Below, in pieces: positions 19,467 to 28,582 of a stretch of 64,000 bases of DNA. Positions within the stretch are counted from its first letter, which is position 1; each line of letters opens with the position of its first letter. The DNA comes from an uncultured virus (IMG/VR IMGVR_UViG_3300005290_000006). Lineage: Duplodnaviria; Heunggongvirae; Uroviricota; Caudoviricetes. The notes beneath the pieces are model-generated. The model was not told the origin of the DNA and searched no databases. It saw only the letters and a list, made by a program, of their open reading frames with translations. The position numbers were made by a program, and so were the translations under genes. The stretch lies in the IMG/VR virus record IMGVR_UViG_3300005290_000006, positions 1 to 64,000 of that record; one strand, given 5' to 3'.

Positions 19467-19514
19467 ATATGGCCAGGGTTAACGCCCTGGCCATATGTCC
19501 GCATCTTTATTTTT
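19467..19514 (+). terminator. Intrinsic terminator
   Basis: ATATGGCCAGGG / CCCTGGCCATAT perfect 12-bp stem with a downstream T-tract. Confidence 0.8.
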
Positions 19515-19528
19515 CGTAGGGGATTTCC

Positions 19529-19972
19529 ATGAGTGGTTCCGACTCATCTATTATTTCAAGCCTTCCCGTTTCTCCTCGGGTTAGCGAGTTGTACAAGCAG
19601 GTGATGGATCTCTACGCTAACGCTCATATTTCCGAAGTGTTCGGCATGGGTGCTTCGGAAAACACCATCGTGTTTATCAGGGATTCTGTCTCGACCAATC
19701 ACGCACTGTGGTTCTATCGTTTCTCCCACTCTAAACTGCCTTTAATCGAAATCATCGACCAGGGCAGAACGTTAGTACGGCGTGTTGACGAAACTGTATT
19801 GAGCGAGGACAGATTGGTGATGGAGTTGCAAGTGCTGCTCCCAGCAATTATCTTCAGGCGAGATCAGGCGTCGATCGCCGAAACCGGGCTGCCTTACGAA
19901 ATCGCGATGGGTCTCAAAGATCCTCCCGAAGCGACCAACCGTCGTAAACCCTATACACGCACTCAAAGGTAA
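19529..19972 (+). CDS. Hypothetical protein, 147 aa
   Basis: ORF with AGGGGA SD, in an operon with downstream genes. Confidence 0.7.
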   Translation: MSGSDSSIISSLPVSPRVSELYKQVMDLYANAHISEVFGMGASENTIVFIRDSVSTNHALWFYRFSHSKLPLIEIIDQGRTLVRRVDETVLSEDRLVMELQVLLPAIIFRRDQASIAETGLPYEIAMGLKDPPEATNRRKPYTRTQR

Positions 19973-19977
19973 GAATT

Positions 19978-22206
19978 ATGGAAAGCATGGTAATGAAGTT
20001 GTTCCGTCAATTGATCGAACTGGGCGTCTTCGGTAAGTCGTGGGTTCCCATCCTCAGCAAGAAGTACCTGATTGGCGTCCAGCGGTTTGAGTTGACCGTG
20101 AGTCGTAATGACGGTCCCGGCGTGATTGGTGTTCACAAGTCTTTCGATTGCACCCACCTGGTCACCCTCAACACAGACGGCAGCACTGTGTGGGGTAATG
20201 TTGAAACGTTCGGTGAACACGAGCTGGAACAAGTTCTTCAAGCTTTGATCGACGTCTACCCTCCAGAACTGAACGAACTGGGTCAGCTGGGCTTCTCCTC
20301 CATGCAGTGGCCTAACCTGCCTAAGCTGTTGGAGAAACTGGACACCCTGAGCGCCCGTGAGGCGTTTACCGCGTTGGCCGAGAAAGGGTTGTTCTTAGTT
20401 AATCAGTTCCCGATGATTACCGATGACAAACAGTTCGCTGTTTTCTTCAATAAGACTCCCCAGATGATTTCGATCTGCAAGAATGACGGGGACATCAGTC
20501 AGCACACTGTCCCTGGGTTGCTGGGGGAAATTGGCAAATTCACCCGCGTCTGCCACCTACGCAGTGGGACCATTGTCTGGTCGCATGAAGGCTACGGAAT
20601 CAAGCACGTCGAAGATGTCCTCAACGAGTTGCATACCAAGTTCGTCGCGTCTCAGCAGGTCGATCCTCTGAAATTCGGAATGGGTGAGGAAGACCACGAG
20701 AACGACAAGGGGTACGTGCACTACGAAAAAGGCACTGCCATCTTCGGACTCATGCACAACCTGAAGGCCAACGGCGTGTTTGAGAAGACTCGAGATCCTG
20801 TCTTCATCAATGATCTAGGGTCTCTGACTAACGCTGTCGCTTTCTTTTGTGCGGAAATCGATTACGTCCTCTTCTGTAATTCGTGGCCACATCACGAGTA
20901 CGCAGACGGACGTGTGGAAATCGTACAGAAAGAAGGCCCAAGTCTGTTCTACGATAAACTCTTGCAAGCCCGTCTGGCTCAAGGACCTATTGTTGTAGCC
21001 CGTTACTTCAACGAGGACAAGTATGGCGAAGATACCCTCCAACGCGTCCTACAAGTGCTTGTGAACTCTTCCGCCGGCATTATGAACCCAGTGTACCCTT
21101 TGGGTCGTGGTCTCAGTCAGAAGTCCATTGAGCAGCTCTTTAAAGAACAAAGCTCTGCCTCGAAACTGGATAACCTGGGTCGTGGTTTGACTCCTGAGGC
21201 CACTCGGAAACTCTTCCGGGAACAGAACCCACACATGTTCAACCAGGAGGGTGTCGTGAAAGAGATTCCTTTCATTTCTCCCGATGAGCTGGCCAGAGAT
21301 ATCATGGCGGGCGCCAACATGGGGCTGAATGGTATCGGGTACTTGTTCATGATGGACGCTGAGGGTAACCCCGTTCACAGCGATGGTAGCCCGCTGTCAG
21401 TCAACGACGGTAAAGGTAATCTGTTGATGGGTGCTGACGCCATGGCTTTCATGCAGAAACGTATTCAAAAGGGCCTGAGTCCGGAACCGGATAACGATAC
21501 GGTAAACGAAGGGCAACGAGCCGAATACATCGCCAAGCTCCGCAAAGACCTACCTGACCTGGTGAACGAAGATGGGTCATGGGATTTAATGGCGATAGCG
21601 TCTAAAGCACACATGAAAACCCGGGAAAACCGTGAAGGGTACATCAACGTTCTGGAAAGTGCGTTGCGTGAGTCTTTCAAGGACGACACGAAGTACATTG
21701 CTTTCCTCAAGCGAATGATCAAGCTACAAGTTATGTCGCCGGAGGAATTCATGGAGGACTCCAAGCGTTCTGCTGAAGAACTGACGCAGATGTATCCCAC
21801 TACGACTCAGGTGTTTGAACCCGGCGCTACGATCTTCTCCTCTATCACCCCAGGGGTAAAACCACCTTTGTACGTTCCACACCCTGACGAACCAAGTCCC
21901 TTTGGTCCTGATCAGGAGAACTACGTGGATAACCCATGGGTCGTTTGGAAGAATGACCAGGAGGGTTACGATGCACAGCATCAAGGCTCGAGTGTCCTCC
22001 TGCGTAAAGCGTTAATCGAACAACTGAAGGCGGAGCGCTATCGCTCTCAGGTTGATCGAGAAAGTGCTCCCTTCGAAATGCTAACCGGTTCTGGTAAGCT
22101 CTCACTGGGGTATGTAATCCATATACGTTACAGCCGTCGGATGGAGTGGGAAGAAGCCCACCGTTTCGGTTTGCAGAAGATCGAACAATTTAATCAATCC
22201 CGTTAA
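19978..22206 (+). CDS. Hypothetical multidomain protein with three diverged N-terminal repeats, 742 aa
   Basis: Long ORF with recurring F..L...G(V/L)F and (F/Y)G...(L/V)..VL..L motifs. Confidence 0.8.
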   Translation: MESMVMKLFRQLIELGVFGKSWVPILSKKYLIGVQRFELTVSRNDGPGVIGVHKSFDCTHLVTLNTDGSTVWGNVETFGEHELEQVLQALIDVYPPELNELGQLGFSSMQWPNLPKLLEKLDTLSAREAFTALAEKGLFLVNQFPMITDDKQFAVFFNKTPQMISICKNDGDISQHTVPGLLGEIGKFTRVCHLRSGTIVWSHEGYGIKHVEDVLNELHTKFVASQQVDPLKFGMGEEDHENDKGYVHYEKGTAIFGLMHNLKANGVFEKTRDPVFINDLGSLTNAVAFFCAEIDYVLFCNSWPHHEYADGRVEIVQKEGPSLFYDKLLQARLAQGPIVVARYFNEDKYGEDTLQRVLQVLVNSSAGIMNPVYPLGRGLSQKSIEQLFKEQSSASKLDNLGRGLTPEATRKLFREQNPHMFNQEGVVKEIPFISPDELARDIMAGANMGLNGIGYLFMMDAEGNPVHSDGSPLSVNDGKGNLLMGADAMAFMQKRIQKGLSPEPDNDTVNEGQRAEYIAKLRKDLPDLVNEDGSWDLMAIASKAHMKTRENREGYINVLESALRESFKDDTKYIAFLKRMIKLQVMSPEEFMEDSKRSAEELTQMYPTTTQVFEPGATIFSSITPGVKPPLYVPHPDEPSPFGPDQENYVDNPWVVWKNDQEGYDAQHQGSSVLLRKALIEQLKAERYRSQVDRESAPFEMLTGSGKLSLGYVIHIRYSRRMEWEEAHRFGLQKIEQFNQSR

Positions 22207-22218
22207 TAAGGATAACCC

Positions 22219-23421
22219 ATGCTACTCAAGACCATTGCCAAAAACTCCGAGTTCACCTACGGCGTTCACAAGGACGTATTGGCTGAAGTCGTCGCCGACA
22301 ACGCGTTCACCTTGTTGCCGCAGGACAAGTTGCTGCATGCCTTGAAACACCTCGACACCGGCGTCATGGGTTCGGTCCGCGCGCTGAACCATCTGAAAGA
22401 ACTGCTGCGCCAAGCAATCGCCTACGGCCTGACCTACAAGGTTGAAGTTGTTGAAGGCGGTCGTATCCGTCTGGTGTTCGCGGTCTACAAGCGTAACAAG
22501 ACCAACAACGAAGGTCGCCTGTCGTCCAAACTGTCCCTGGGTGCTGGTGGTCATATCGAAGGCGATGACGTCTCGTACCACAGCCTGCAAGACAACGACG
22601 AAATCATGGTCACCAGCGCGATCGACATGCTGGAAACCATCGACGACTCGTACATCCGCGAATACGTGGAAGAAGTCCTGCTGGCAACCCGTGACGGCCT
22701 CGACCTGACTGCCGGTATCGTGGGCGCCGCTAACGCGACCGGCTTCCAGAAAGTCGGCTTCGTTATGGACAGCAAAGAAGAGCACGGTTACGTGGGTAAC
22801 ATCCACTTCGGCGTGGTCTACGCACTCGACGCAGGCGCAGACACCGCTGCATTCGAAATGCGTGAACCGCAAAACGAAGCGATCGCCTGGGCCAGCGCCG
22901 AAGAACTGCAAACCGACGCGATGTTCCACGATCCTGAAGTTCCGTTCGAACCGTGGTCGGCAATGATCGTTGCGCAGATCAAAGAACTGGAGGTGTACCT
23001 CCTGGACACCTTCCACAACATCGACCGCAATACCCTGACTGTCGAAGTTGATCCGGCCGATCCAGAACCAGAGCGTACTGTTGCCCTGGCTCGACAAGCG
23101 TTCAATGAAGCCCAAGCGATTGACATTCGTCAACAACTCGAAACCATCGCCAAAGAAGCATGGGCGACTGTCACCGCCGATACTTCCCTGGACGTGGCGG
23201 GTGCCGCAAAGGCTGTTGAGAAACTGACCAACGATGTCATCCTGGAAAAGTTGGGGCAGTACATCGATAGCGGTTTCCGCGTGGACGTAACCCCGCTGGC
23301 CGGTCAGGATCAAGACGGTCACTTCTTCACGATCGACATTACCGCGACCAAGTTGTCCGGCGAAGTGGTTGAAGTGCCAACCAAGCAATACCTGGTAACT
23401 GTTGAAGCCAGCGAAGCGTAA
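22219..23421 (+). CDS. NUDIX-family phosphoesterase (COG4112-like) with C-terminal extension, 400 aa
   Basis: YKR...EGRL..KLSLGAGGHIE, REYVEEV, VGNIHFGVV and FEPWS motifs. Confidence 0.75.
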   Translation: MLLKTIAKNSEFTYGVHKDVLAEVVADNAFTLLPQDKLLHALKHLDTGVMGSVRALNHLKELLRQAIAYGLTYKVEVVEGGRIRLVFAVYKRNKTNNEGRLSSKLSLGAGGHIEGDDVSYHSLQDNDEIMVTSAIDMLETIDDSYIREYVEEVLLATRDGLDLTAGIVGAANATGFQKVGFVMDSKEEHGYVGNIHFGVVYALDAGADTAAFEMREPQNEAIAWASAEELQTDAMFHDPEVPFEPWSAMIVAQIKELEVYLLDTFHNIDRNTLTVEVDPADPEPERTVALARQAFNEAQAIDIRQQLETIAKEAWATVTADTSLDVAGAAKAVEKLTNDVILEKLGQYIDSGFRVDVTPLAGQDQDGHFFTIDITATKLSGEVVEVPTKQYLVTVEASEA

Positions 23422-23432
23422 TTGCCGTTCAG

Positions 23433-23476
23433 TTCTCTCCCTGCTTCGGTGGGGAGGGGATTGTTCTTTATTTTTG
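23433..23476 (+). terminator. Intrinsic terminator
   Basis: TTCTCTCCCTGC-TTCG-GTGGGGAGGGGA hairpin followed by a T-rich tail. Confidence 0.7.
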
Positions 23477-23490
23477 CAAGAGGGAAAAGG

Positions 23491-24507
23491 ATGACAACGG
23501 TAAACATCGCATTCAGTGGTGGTGTGGAGTCGGTTTATTTGTTGCAGCTTGCTTTAGAACGTGGGTTTAACGTTAACCTGTGTTTGATCAACGTACACAA
23601 TGCGTTGAATAACCGGTTGGCNGAGCTCATTGCTTGCGAGAAGATTATNAAGTATTTCGAGACTCGTATTCGNGAGGATCAGGAATACCTTCCTAANACT
23701 TCGTGGAAATACGCGGGTCAGATCAAGGACATCATCCACGTGGCGGTGTGCCCTTGGGTGCCTAGTCAAAACGACAATCGTTCTCCCGCTACATTTGAGG
23801 TCACTCAGCAGTTTTCAACCATCCTGGGGATGATGTACTGTCGCCGCGAATATCTCGACCGTTTCATTGCCACCTGCTGGATCGGTTGGATCAAACAGGA
23901 CGCTTCGGAATTCAGTTGTGATGAACACGATCACTCTGAAGAAGATTATGGCGCTCTGCTACGGCTTCCACAGGTAATTGGTCCTCTGAGCAACGCAGAC
24001 AATATCGGCGTACAGTTCCGCGCTCCGCTCTGGGAAATGGACAAGCTCGACATTTACAACTCCCTGGAGGAAGGACTAAAGGAACTGTTGATCCCTAACG
24101 GTTCTGGCTGTGTTAACTCTAAAGAGGGGACCGTTACTCACACTCCTTATTCAGGGAAGATGGATGAGTGGAGAAGGGCCGGGATTCCCACTGATAAGGA
24201 GTACGTCTACGATTACACACAAGCTAGCTGGATGACACGTTACGTATGCGGGTCGTTACTGCCGGCTGATGTTGAGATTGAAGACACCCCAGCCACCCGC
24301 GAAATGCTTTGCACTCTTTCTCCTTTCTTCAGTAAAGGTCGCACCGTTATTCGACCCAACGACCATTATTCGATCAAGCGAGAAATCAAAAATCTGGTGC
24401 ATGATCTTATTAGAACCTGTCAGGCGATGACTCATATGCCGACAAAAGAAGAACTCGACAAAGCTAAAAGGAAAGAACGTGAAGAAGGGTCTACTGTTAG
24501 TAGTTGA
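23491..24507 (+). CDS. PP-loop (QueC-like adenine nucleotide alpha-hydrolase) protein, 338 aa
   Basis: N-terminal VNIAFSGGVESVYLL (SGGxDS-like) and APLWEMDKLDIY; start moved to ATG 23491; contains 4 N bases. Confidence 0.65.
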   Translation: MTTVNIAFSGGVESVYLLQLALERGFNVNLCLINVHNALNNRLXELIACEKIXKYFETRIXEDQEYLPXTSWKYAGQIKDIIHVAVCPWVPSQNDNRSPATFEVTQQFSTILGMMYCRREYLDRFIATCWIGWIKQDASEFSCDEHDHSEEDYGALLRLPQVIGPLSNADNIGVQFRAPLWEMDKLDIYNSLEEGLKELLIPNGSGCVNSKEGTVTHTPYSGKMDEWRRAGIPTDKEYVYDYTQASWMTRYVCGSLLPADVEIEDTPATREMLCTLSPFFSKGRTVIRPNDHYSIKREIKNLVHDLIRTCQAMTHMPTKEELDKAKRKEREEGSTVSS

Positions 24508-25138
24508 TGGTCTTGATGGGGCAGGTAAGACAGGCGCGGTTACTCGTGTCAGTCATTGGTTTACACAATCTAAAGTCCCCCACATTGTTACGCGTGAACC
24601 CGGCGGCACAGAGTTTGCTGAATTCATTCGCCTGGGTTTGCGTCACGGCTTTGAAGGCGTCAACGAGGATATTGATCCCGTCGCTGCTATGCTCCTGTTT
24701 AACGTGGCTCGTGTTCAACATGTTGCCAAGGTTATCCGTCCCGCACTTGAAGCAGGCAAGGTTGTTCTGTGTGATCGCTTCTTCGACACCACTCTCGCTT
24801 ATCAAGGCGGTGGTTTCGGTATGGACCTCGCTATGTTGCAGGGTGTCCACCAGTTGGCGATCGGGATGTACCCTGACATCACGCTGCTAATGGACGGCCC
24901 TCCTGAGGTCTTCCTGGGGCGCATGCAGCACGAAGAGCGTGATGAGGTGAACAAGTACGACAAGCTCGGGCTACCGTTCTATGAGCGAGCTCGTGAGGTC
25001 TACCTGGACCAGGCTAAGACATATCCCGAGGCGTACGTTGTTGTAGACGCTAACCAACCGCGTGAGCAAGTGTTCGCGCAAATGCTCCCTACTCTGATGA
25101 AGATCAAGAACCTCATGATCCCACGACCGACAACCTAA
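24479..25138 (+). CDS. tmk: Thymidylate (dTMP) kinase
   Basis: DGLDGAGKT P-loop, REPGGT, IRPALEAGKVVLCDRF, AYQG, PDITL motifs. Confidence 0.93.
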   Translation: MKKGLLLVVDGLDGAGKTGAVTRVSHWFTQSKVPHIVTREPGGTEFAEFIRLGLRHGFEGVNEDIDPVAAMLLFNVARVQHVAKVIRPALEAGKVVLCDRFFDTTLAYQGGGFGMDLAMLQGVHQLAIGMYPDITLLMDGPPEVFLGRMQHEERDEVNKYDKLGLPFYERAREVYLDQAKTYPEAYVVVDANQPREQVFAQMLPTLMKIKNLMIPRPTT

Positions 25139-25153
25139 TTCGAGTTACCGCAC

Positions 25154-25759
25154 ATGAAACTGTACCATTATTCCGATTCCCAGTATGACGTTCTTCTCAC
25201 TCGACGCGCATCTGGGGCTCCACCTTTGGAGGGTGTTAAAGTATCCGAAGATTACATGGACCACATTTCTTTCTTCTTTGACCCGATTCCGTCAAAGCTC
25301 ATGCCGGAGGTGTTCAGTAAGGGCCATCCCTTCTGGTACTCCGGCCATCGCATTTACGAACACATTATCGAAGTCAACGAGTTGGACGACCTCATCCGTT
25401 TCGAGGTGGTGGAAAGTCTGAAGAAGACTGCGTTGCTCGATAAGTTCTCAGAAGACAACGACTGGACGTCTGACGATCCTAAGTTGTTGAAGGAATGGAA
25501 CATCCTCATTGCCCGTGAAAGCGAACGATGGGGTGAAGTGGGTGATACCCGGACCCGTCTTAAAGCACAGATCCGTAAAAACACCGGGATCACCGCCGCC
25601 TGCTATGTTGCCGCCAGTGCACGTGAGGACTTCCAGGATGGCTACAACAAGTATGCTGCTAATGTTCCTCATCTCATGCTGTATCCTAAAGACGGCAAAG
25701 TCGTGGTTAGGGAAGTTAATGAGCTGAAGATCGGCAGCGACTACCGCAAGAAAGTTTAA
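25154..25759 (+). CDS. Hypothetical protein, 201 aa
   Basis: Clean ORF in the operon; begins LYHYS. Confidence 0.75.
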   Translation: MKLYHYSDSQYDVLLTRRASGAPPLEGVKVSEDYMDHISFFFDPIPSKLMPEVFSKGHPFWYSGHRIYEHIIEVNELDDLIRFEVVESLKKTALLDKFSEDNDWTSDDPKLLKEWNILIARESERWGEVGDTRTRLKAQIRKNTGITAACYVAASAREDFQDGYNKYAANVPHLMLYPKDGKVVVREVNELKIGSDYRKKV

Positions 25760-25770
25760 GGAGATTCGTT

Positions 25771-25944
25771 ATGAGCAATGATGTTGTGATTGATCCGAAG
25801 GTGTTGGAAGGATTGGGTCGTCGTCATGAGACTGTTCCTCCTGAGCGTCCGTCTTACCTGACCAAGTCTCAGGGCATCATCAAGCCGAACGAACCGCCTA
25901 AGCATTTCGAATTCGGCGTTGATTTGAAAGTACCCAAGAACTAA
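25771..25944 (+). CDS. Small hypothetical protein, 57 aa (not in ORF track)
   Basis: TAAGGAG SD; MSNDVVIDPKVLEGLGRRHETVPPERPSYLTK...; ends just before a terminator. Confidence 0.7.
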   Translation: MSNDVVIDPKVLEGLGRRHETVPPERPSYLTKSQGIIKPNEPPKHFEFGVDLKVPKN

Positions 25945-25995
25945 CCCGTACTACTCCCCGGTGGCTTCGGCTGCTGGGGAGTAGGGTTATGTTTG
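25942..25995 (+). terminator. Intrinsic terminator
   Basis: CTACTCCCC..GC-TTCG-GC..GGGGAGTAG stem followed by GGTTATGTTTG. Confidence 0.8.
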
Positions 25996-26012
25996 ATTTA
26001 ACTTACATTAAG

Positions 26013-26029
26013 TTTCAGGTCTATATTAC
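26013..26029 (+). promoter_or_regulatory. phiKZ-type early promoter
   Basis: TTTCAGGTCTATATTAC, preceded by TTAACTTACATT, which is shared with the 27674 promoter. Confidence 0.8.
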
Positions 26030-26071
26030 CAGTACAGTTAGTAATACAAATAACTTTTAGGAGTAGTCCAA

Positions 26072-26203
26072 ATGAAAGCACTCACTCTCGTCGGTCTCGC
26101 TTTGGTTATCGTTGGGGTTTGTGTGGTCTGCTCCGGTAACAACTCCGGCACCAGTTCGCAATACATCTCTAACGGTATCGGTAACGCACTGACCGTTCGC
26201 TAA
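26072..26203 (+). CDS. 43-aa membrane / lipoprotein-like peptide (not in ORF track)
   Basis: AGGAG SD; MKALTLVGLALVIVGVCVVCSGNNSGTSSQYISNGIGNALTVR; first gene after an early promoter. Confidence 0.7.
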   Translation: MKALTLVGLALVIVGVCVVCSGNNSGTSSQYISNGIGNALTVR

Positions 26204-26239
26204 TAAACTTCCTGCCCCTGATGAACAAGGACTTGAATC

Positions 26240-26935
26240 ATGACTACTGAAAACAATCTGACCGCTGAACAAGAAGTTGCTGCTTGGGCTGCAATGTCTC
26301 CCGAAGAAAAGGCCGCCGCTTCCAAAGAACTGTTGTGCAGGATCCTGCGCGCTAGCCCGCCTGAAAATGTTGAGGCTATTCTGAAAGATGTCCCTCTGGA
26401 AACCAGTAAGGAAATCCTGAAGGGTATGTGCGAGGAACTGACTGGAAAGCCATTTCCTTCTTCTCCGTTTCCAACAGTCAGCGGCGATCTGGTGATGGAC
26501 CTGGTAAAGAACGTCGGCGGTCCTGGTTTCAATAAGGCCTTCACTGCTTACCACGGCGCTTTCACCGAAGCCGCTGAAGAAACCACCCAGTACCCAATGA
26601 CCCAACGGTCCAAAGACACCTACGCCAAGTGCATTGCCGAGAAGGGTCTGATCTTCAATGACCACGGCGCTACCGGCACCCGCATCCAACTCTGGGGTCT
26701 GGCGACTCTGGACAAGGGTGAGAAGCAACTGGTGGTAGCCCTGATCGATAGCCGTGCTTTCTCGATCAACCCAGTTGCCCTGCATCGCGGCGAACCACAT
26801 CTTCTCAGTGGATCAGCCGGCGGCGTGATTGAGCTGGAAGGTCGTCCAATGATGGACGCTGTGGCTCAGTACAACAAAGAGCAAGAAGCGTGCTCGTGGT
26901 CTAACGGCACGCTGAACAACGTTGTTCAGTTCTAA
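26240..26935 (+). CDS. Early hypothetical protein, 231 aa
   Basis: AAGGA SD; codon bias. Confidence 0.8.
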   Translation: MTTENNLTAEQEVAAWAAMSPEEKAAASKELLCRILRASPPENVEAILKDVPLETSKEILKGMCEELTGKPFPSSPFPTVSGDLVMDLVKNVGGPGFNKAFTAYHGAFTEAAEETTQYPMTQRSKDTYAKCIAEKGLIFNDHGATGTRIQLWGLATLDKGEKQLVVALIDSRAFSINPVALHRGEPHLLSGSAGGVIELEGRPMMDAVAQYNKEQEACSWSNGTLNNVVQF

Positions 26936-26969
26936 CCTAACCTTACACTCTTACACAGGAACGAATGCA

Positions 26970-27593
26970 ATGATCTCTGATAAAACCATGCAACAACTGC
27001 TGGATGATGCACAAGAGCTGCACGCCAACTTCACCACGATCCTGACCAAGATCCTGGACTTCACACCGGTTCAAGACAACTGGTTCGACATGTTCGGGCA
27101 ACCAACTCACGTCACCAGTCATCCACTGGAGGTCGGCACCGTCGCCAAGGCTGAACTGTCCAGCGGTTCCCGCATGGTTATTGTCGGTACGCCGGTGGGC
27201 TGCGTGGCTGTTCTGGAACATCCGCCTGTTGAAGGCGGGTTGTTCGCTCTGGAAGTAATCGCCCCGAACTCGGTTGCTTTCATGGTGGAACCACACCGTT
27301 CCACGACGTTCGAAGTACTGGAGCGTATCGTTGACTGGAACAACCTCGACCGCAACATCGGCGCGCGTCTGGCGCACCTGGAAAAGGTCATGCAAGTTCA
27401 CCGTCGCGTGAAGACCCGGGTCGAGGAGCGTTTGGAAGAAGCCGAATTCCTGCCAAGCACCAACACCAACGGCGGCCAAGGCCTGCTCAACGATCTACCT
27501 GCGATCCTGCAAGCACAGCGTGGGCGCTATTCAGTAGTTGAAGAACACGAACACCGTCTGTATGCACACCTGACCGGCTATCAACCTAAGTAA
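26970..27593 (+). CDS. Early hypothetical protein, 207 aa
   Basis: ATG at 26970 after AGGA; codon bias. Confidence 0.75.
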   Translation: MISDKTMQQLLDDAQELHANFTTILTKILDFTPVQDNWFDMFGQPTHVTSHPLEVGTVAKAELSSGSRMVIVGTPVGCVAVLEHPPVEGGLFALEVIAPNSVAFMVEPHRSTTFEVLERIVDWNNLDRNIGARLAHLEKVMQVHRRVKTRVEERLEEAEFLPSTNTNGGQGLLNDLPAILQAQRGRYSVVEEHEHRLYAHLTGYQPK

Positions 27594-27596
27594 ATG

Positions 27597-27650
27597 AATA
27601 ACCTCCGTACCCACTGCGGGTACGGAGGTTATTACTCGTTTATTTGTTTC
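27597..27650 (+). terminator. Intrinsic terminator
   Basis: AATAACCTCCGTACCC / GGGTACGGAGGTTATT perfect 16-bp stem. Confidence 0.85.
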
Positions 27651-27673
27651 GTCTAAAATTAACTTACATTCGA

Positions 27674-27690
27674 TCTCAGACCTATATCAC
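27674..27690 (+). promoter_or_regulatory. phiKZ-type early promoter
   Basis: TCTCAGACCTATATCAC, preceded by TTAACTTACATT. Confidence 0.75.
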
Positions 27691-27737
27691 TGGGGTAGTT
27701 AAGCAATAACAAATCTTTCTAATCAGGAGATAAGAAA

Positions 27738-28070
27738 ATGGAATACAAGACTGAAGTTGGCTTCATTAGGCGTGGCGAAGAAGCTGACCAGTGGCTGATC
27801 GACGAGTCCAAAAAGGACCGTTGGTTGGGCGACGTCAGTTCTTGGATTCGTCACTTCCACGAGCTGTATGTGTTCGTAAAAGGTGGCAAGGCCGTTGGCT
27901 TTGTTATCCCGCGTCAAGACCCCGATGGCTTCTGGCGGACTGGTGCTGTTTACATCACCCCGTCGGAACGTACCTTTGGTTCGGTTAAGAAACTGACTGG
28001 TGATTTCTTCCAGCACAAGAAAGCTTTCAACTTTGGCATTGAGTTTGCACAACAAGGAGTGGCAGCATGA
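27738..28070 (+). CDS. GNAT-like acetyltransferase fold, apparently short or degenerate, 110 aa
   Basis: GKAVGFV...GAVYITPSERTFGSVKKL resembles GNAT motif A; AGGAG SD. Confidence 0.5.
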   Translation: MEYKTEVGFIRRGEEADQWLIDESKKDRWLGDVSSWIRHFHELYVFVKGGKAVGFVIPRQDPDGFWRTGAVYITPSERTFGSVKKLTGDFFQHKKAFNFGIEFAQQGVAA

Positions 28071-28516
28071 AGTATGTAACAGGTCTGTTCGTATTGATGT
28101 CGTTGGTACTGGGTAGCGTCACCGCGCAAGCAGCCAGTAATGAAGTGATCTTCATCTGTGATCTCCCAAGTGGTAATCACGTGATGCTTGAGCGTAACCC
28201 AGTAACCGACGTGTTCACCTTGAGTTACGGTCAAGACCTGGATATCCCCACTATCACCATAATGAAGCGGGGTAATAACTTGGGCACTTCCCTACAGCAG
28301 TCAGGTGAGGAAGGCATTCTCAATCGTGAAGTTTATGTTACGGATGGGAAGAAGTTCTACAACATCGGGTACACCGATCAACGCGGTATCAAGAAAGGTA
28401 TCTTCCAGATCATGGAAGACGGGACTGAAGTGTCGTATGAAGCATGCGAACCCAAGTCCCTGCGCACCAAGTTTGACGATTACGAGTTGTTCACCAATCT
28501 GACTGTTGTGGATTAA
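28067..28516 (+). CDS. Secreted / periplasmic protein, 149 aa
   Basis: Sec signal peptide MKYVTGLFVLMSLVLGSVTAQAA; two Cys in the mature part; AAGGAG SD. Confidence 0.75.
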   Translation: MKYVTGLFVLMSLVLGSVTAQAASNEVIFICDLPSGNHVMLERNPVTDVFTLSYGQDLDIPTITIMKRGNNLGTSLQQSGEEGILNREVYVTDGKKFYNIGYTDQRGIKKGIFQIMEDGTEVSYEACEPKSLRTKFDDYELFTNLTVVD

Positions 28517-28582
28517 GTGGTTGGGGCGGTTTCGCCCCACACCCTTTTCCTTGTTTATTTTTTTTGTGCCAGGAGATTCACC

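Noticed and set aside
23491..24507. Canonical queC / 7-deazaguanine DNA modification pathway
   Set aside because: No C-terminal zinc Cys cluster recognised and no partner genes in the window; kept only as PP-loop-like.
25154..25759. ADP-ribosyltransferase fold suggested by the LYHYS start
   Set aside because: One short motif is insufficient without a profile search.
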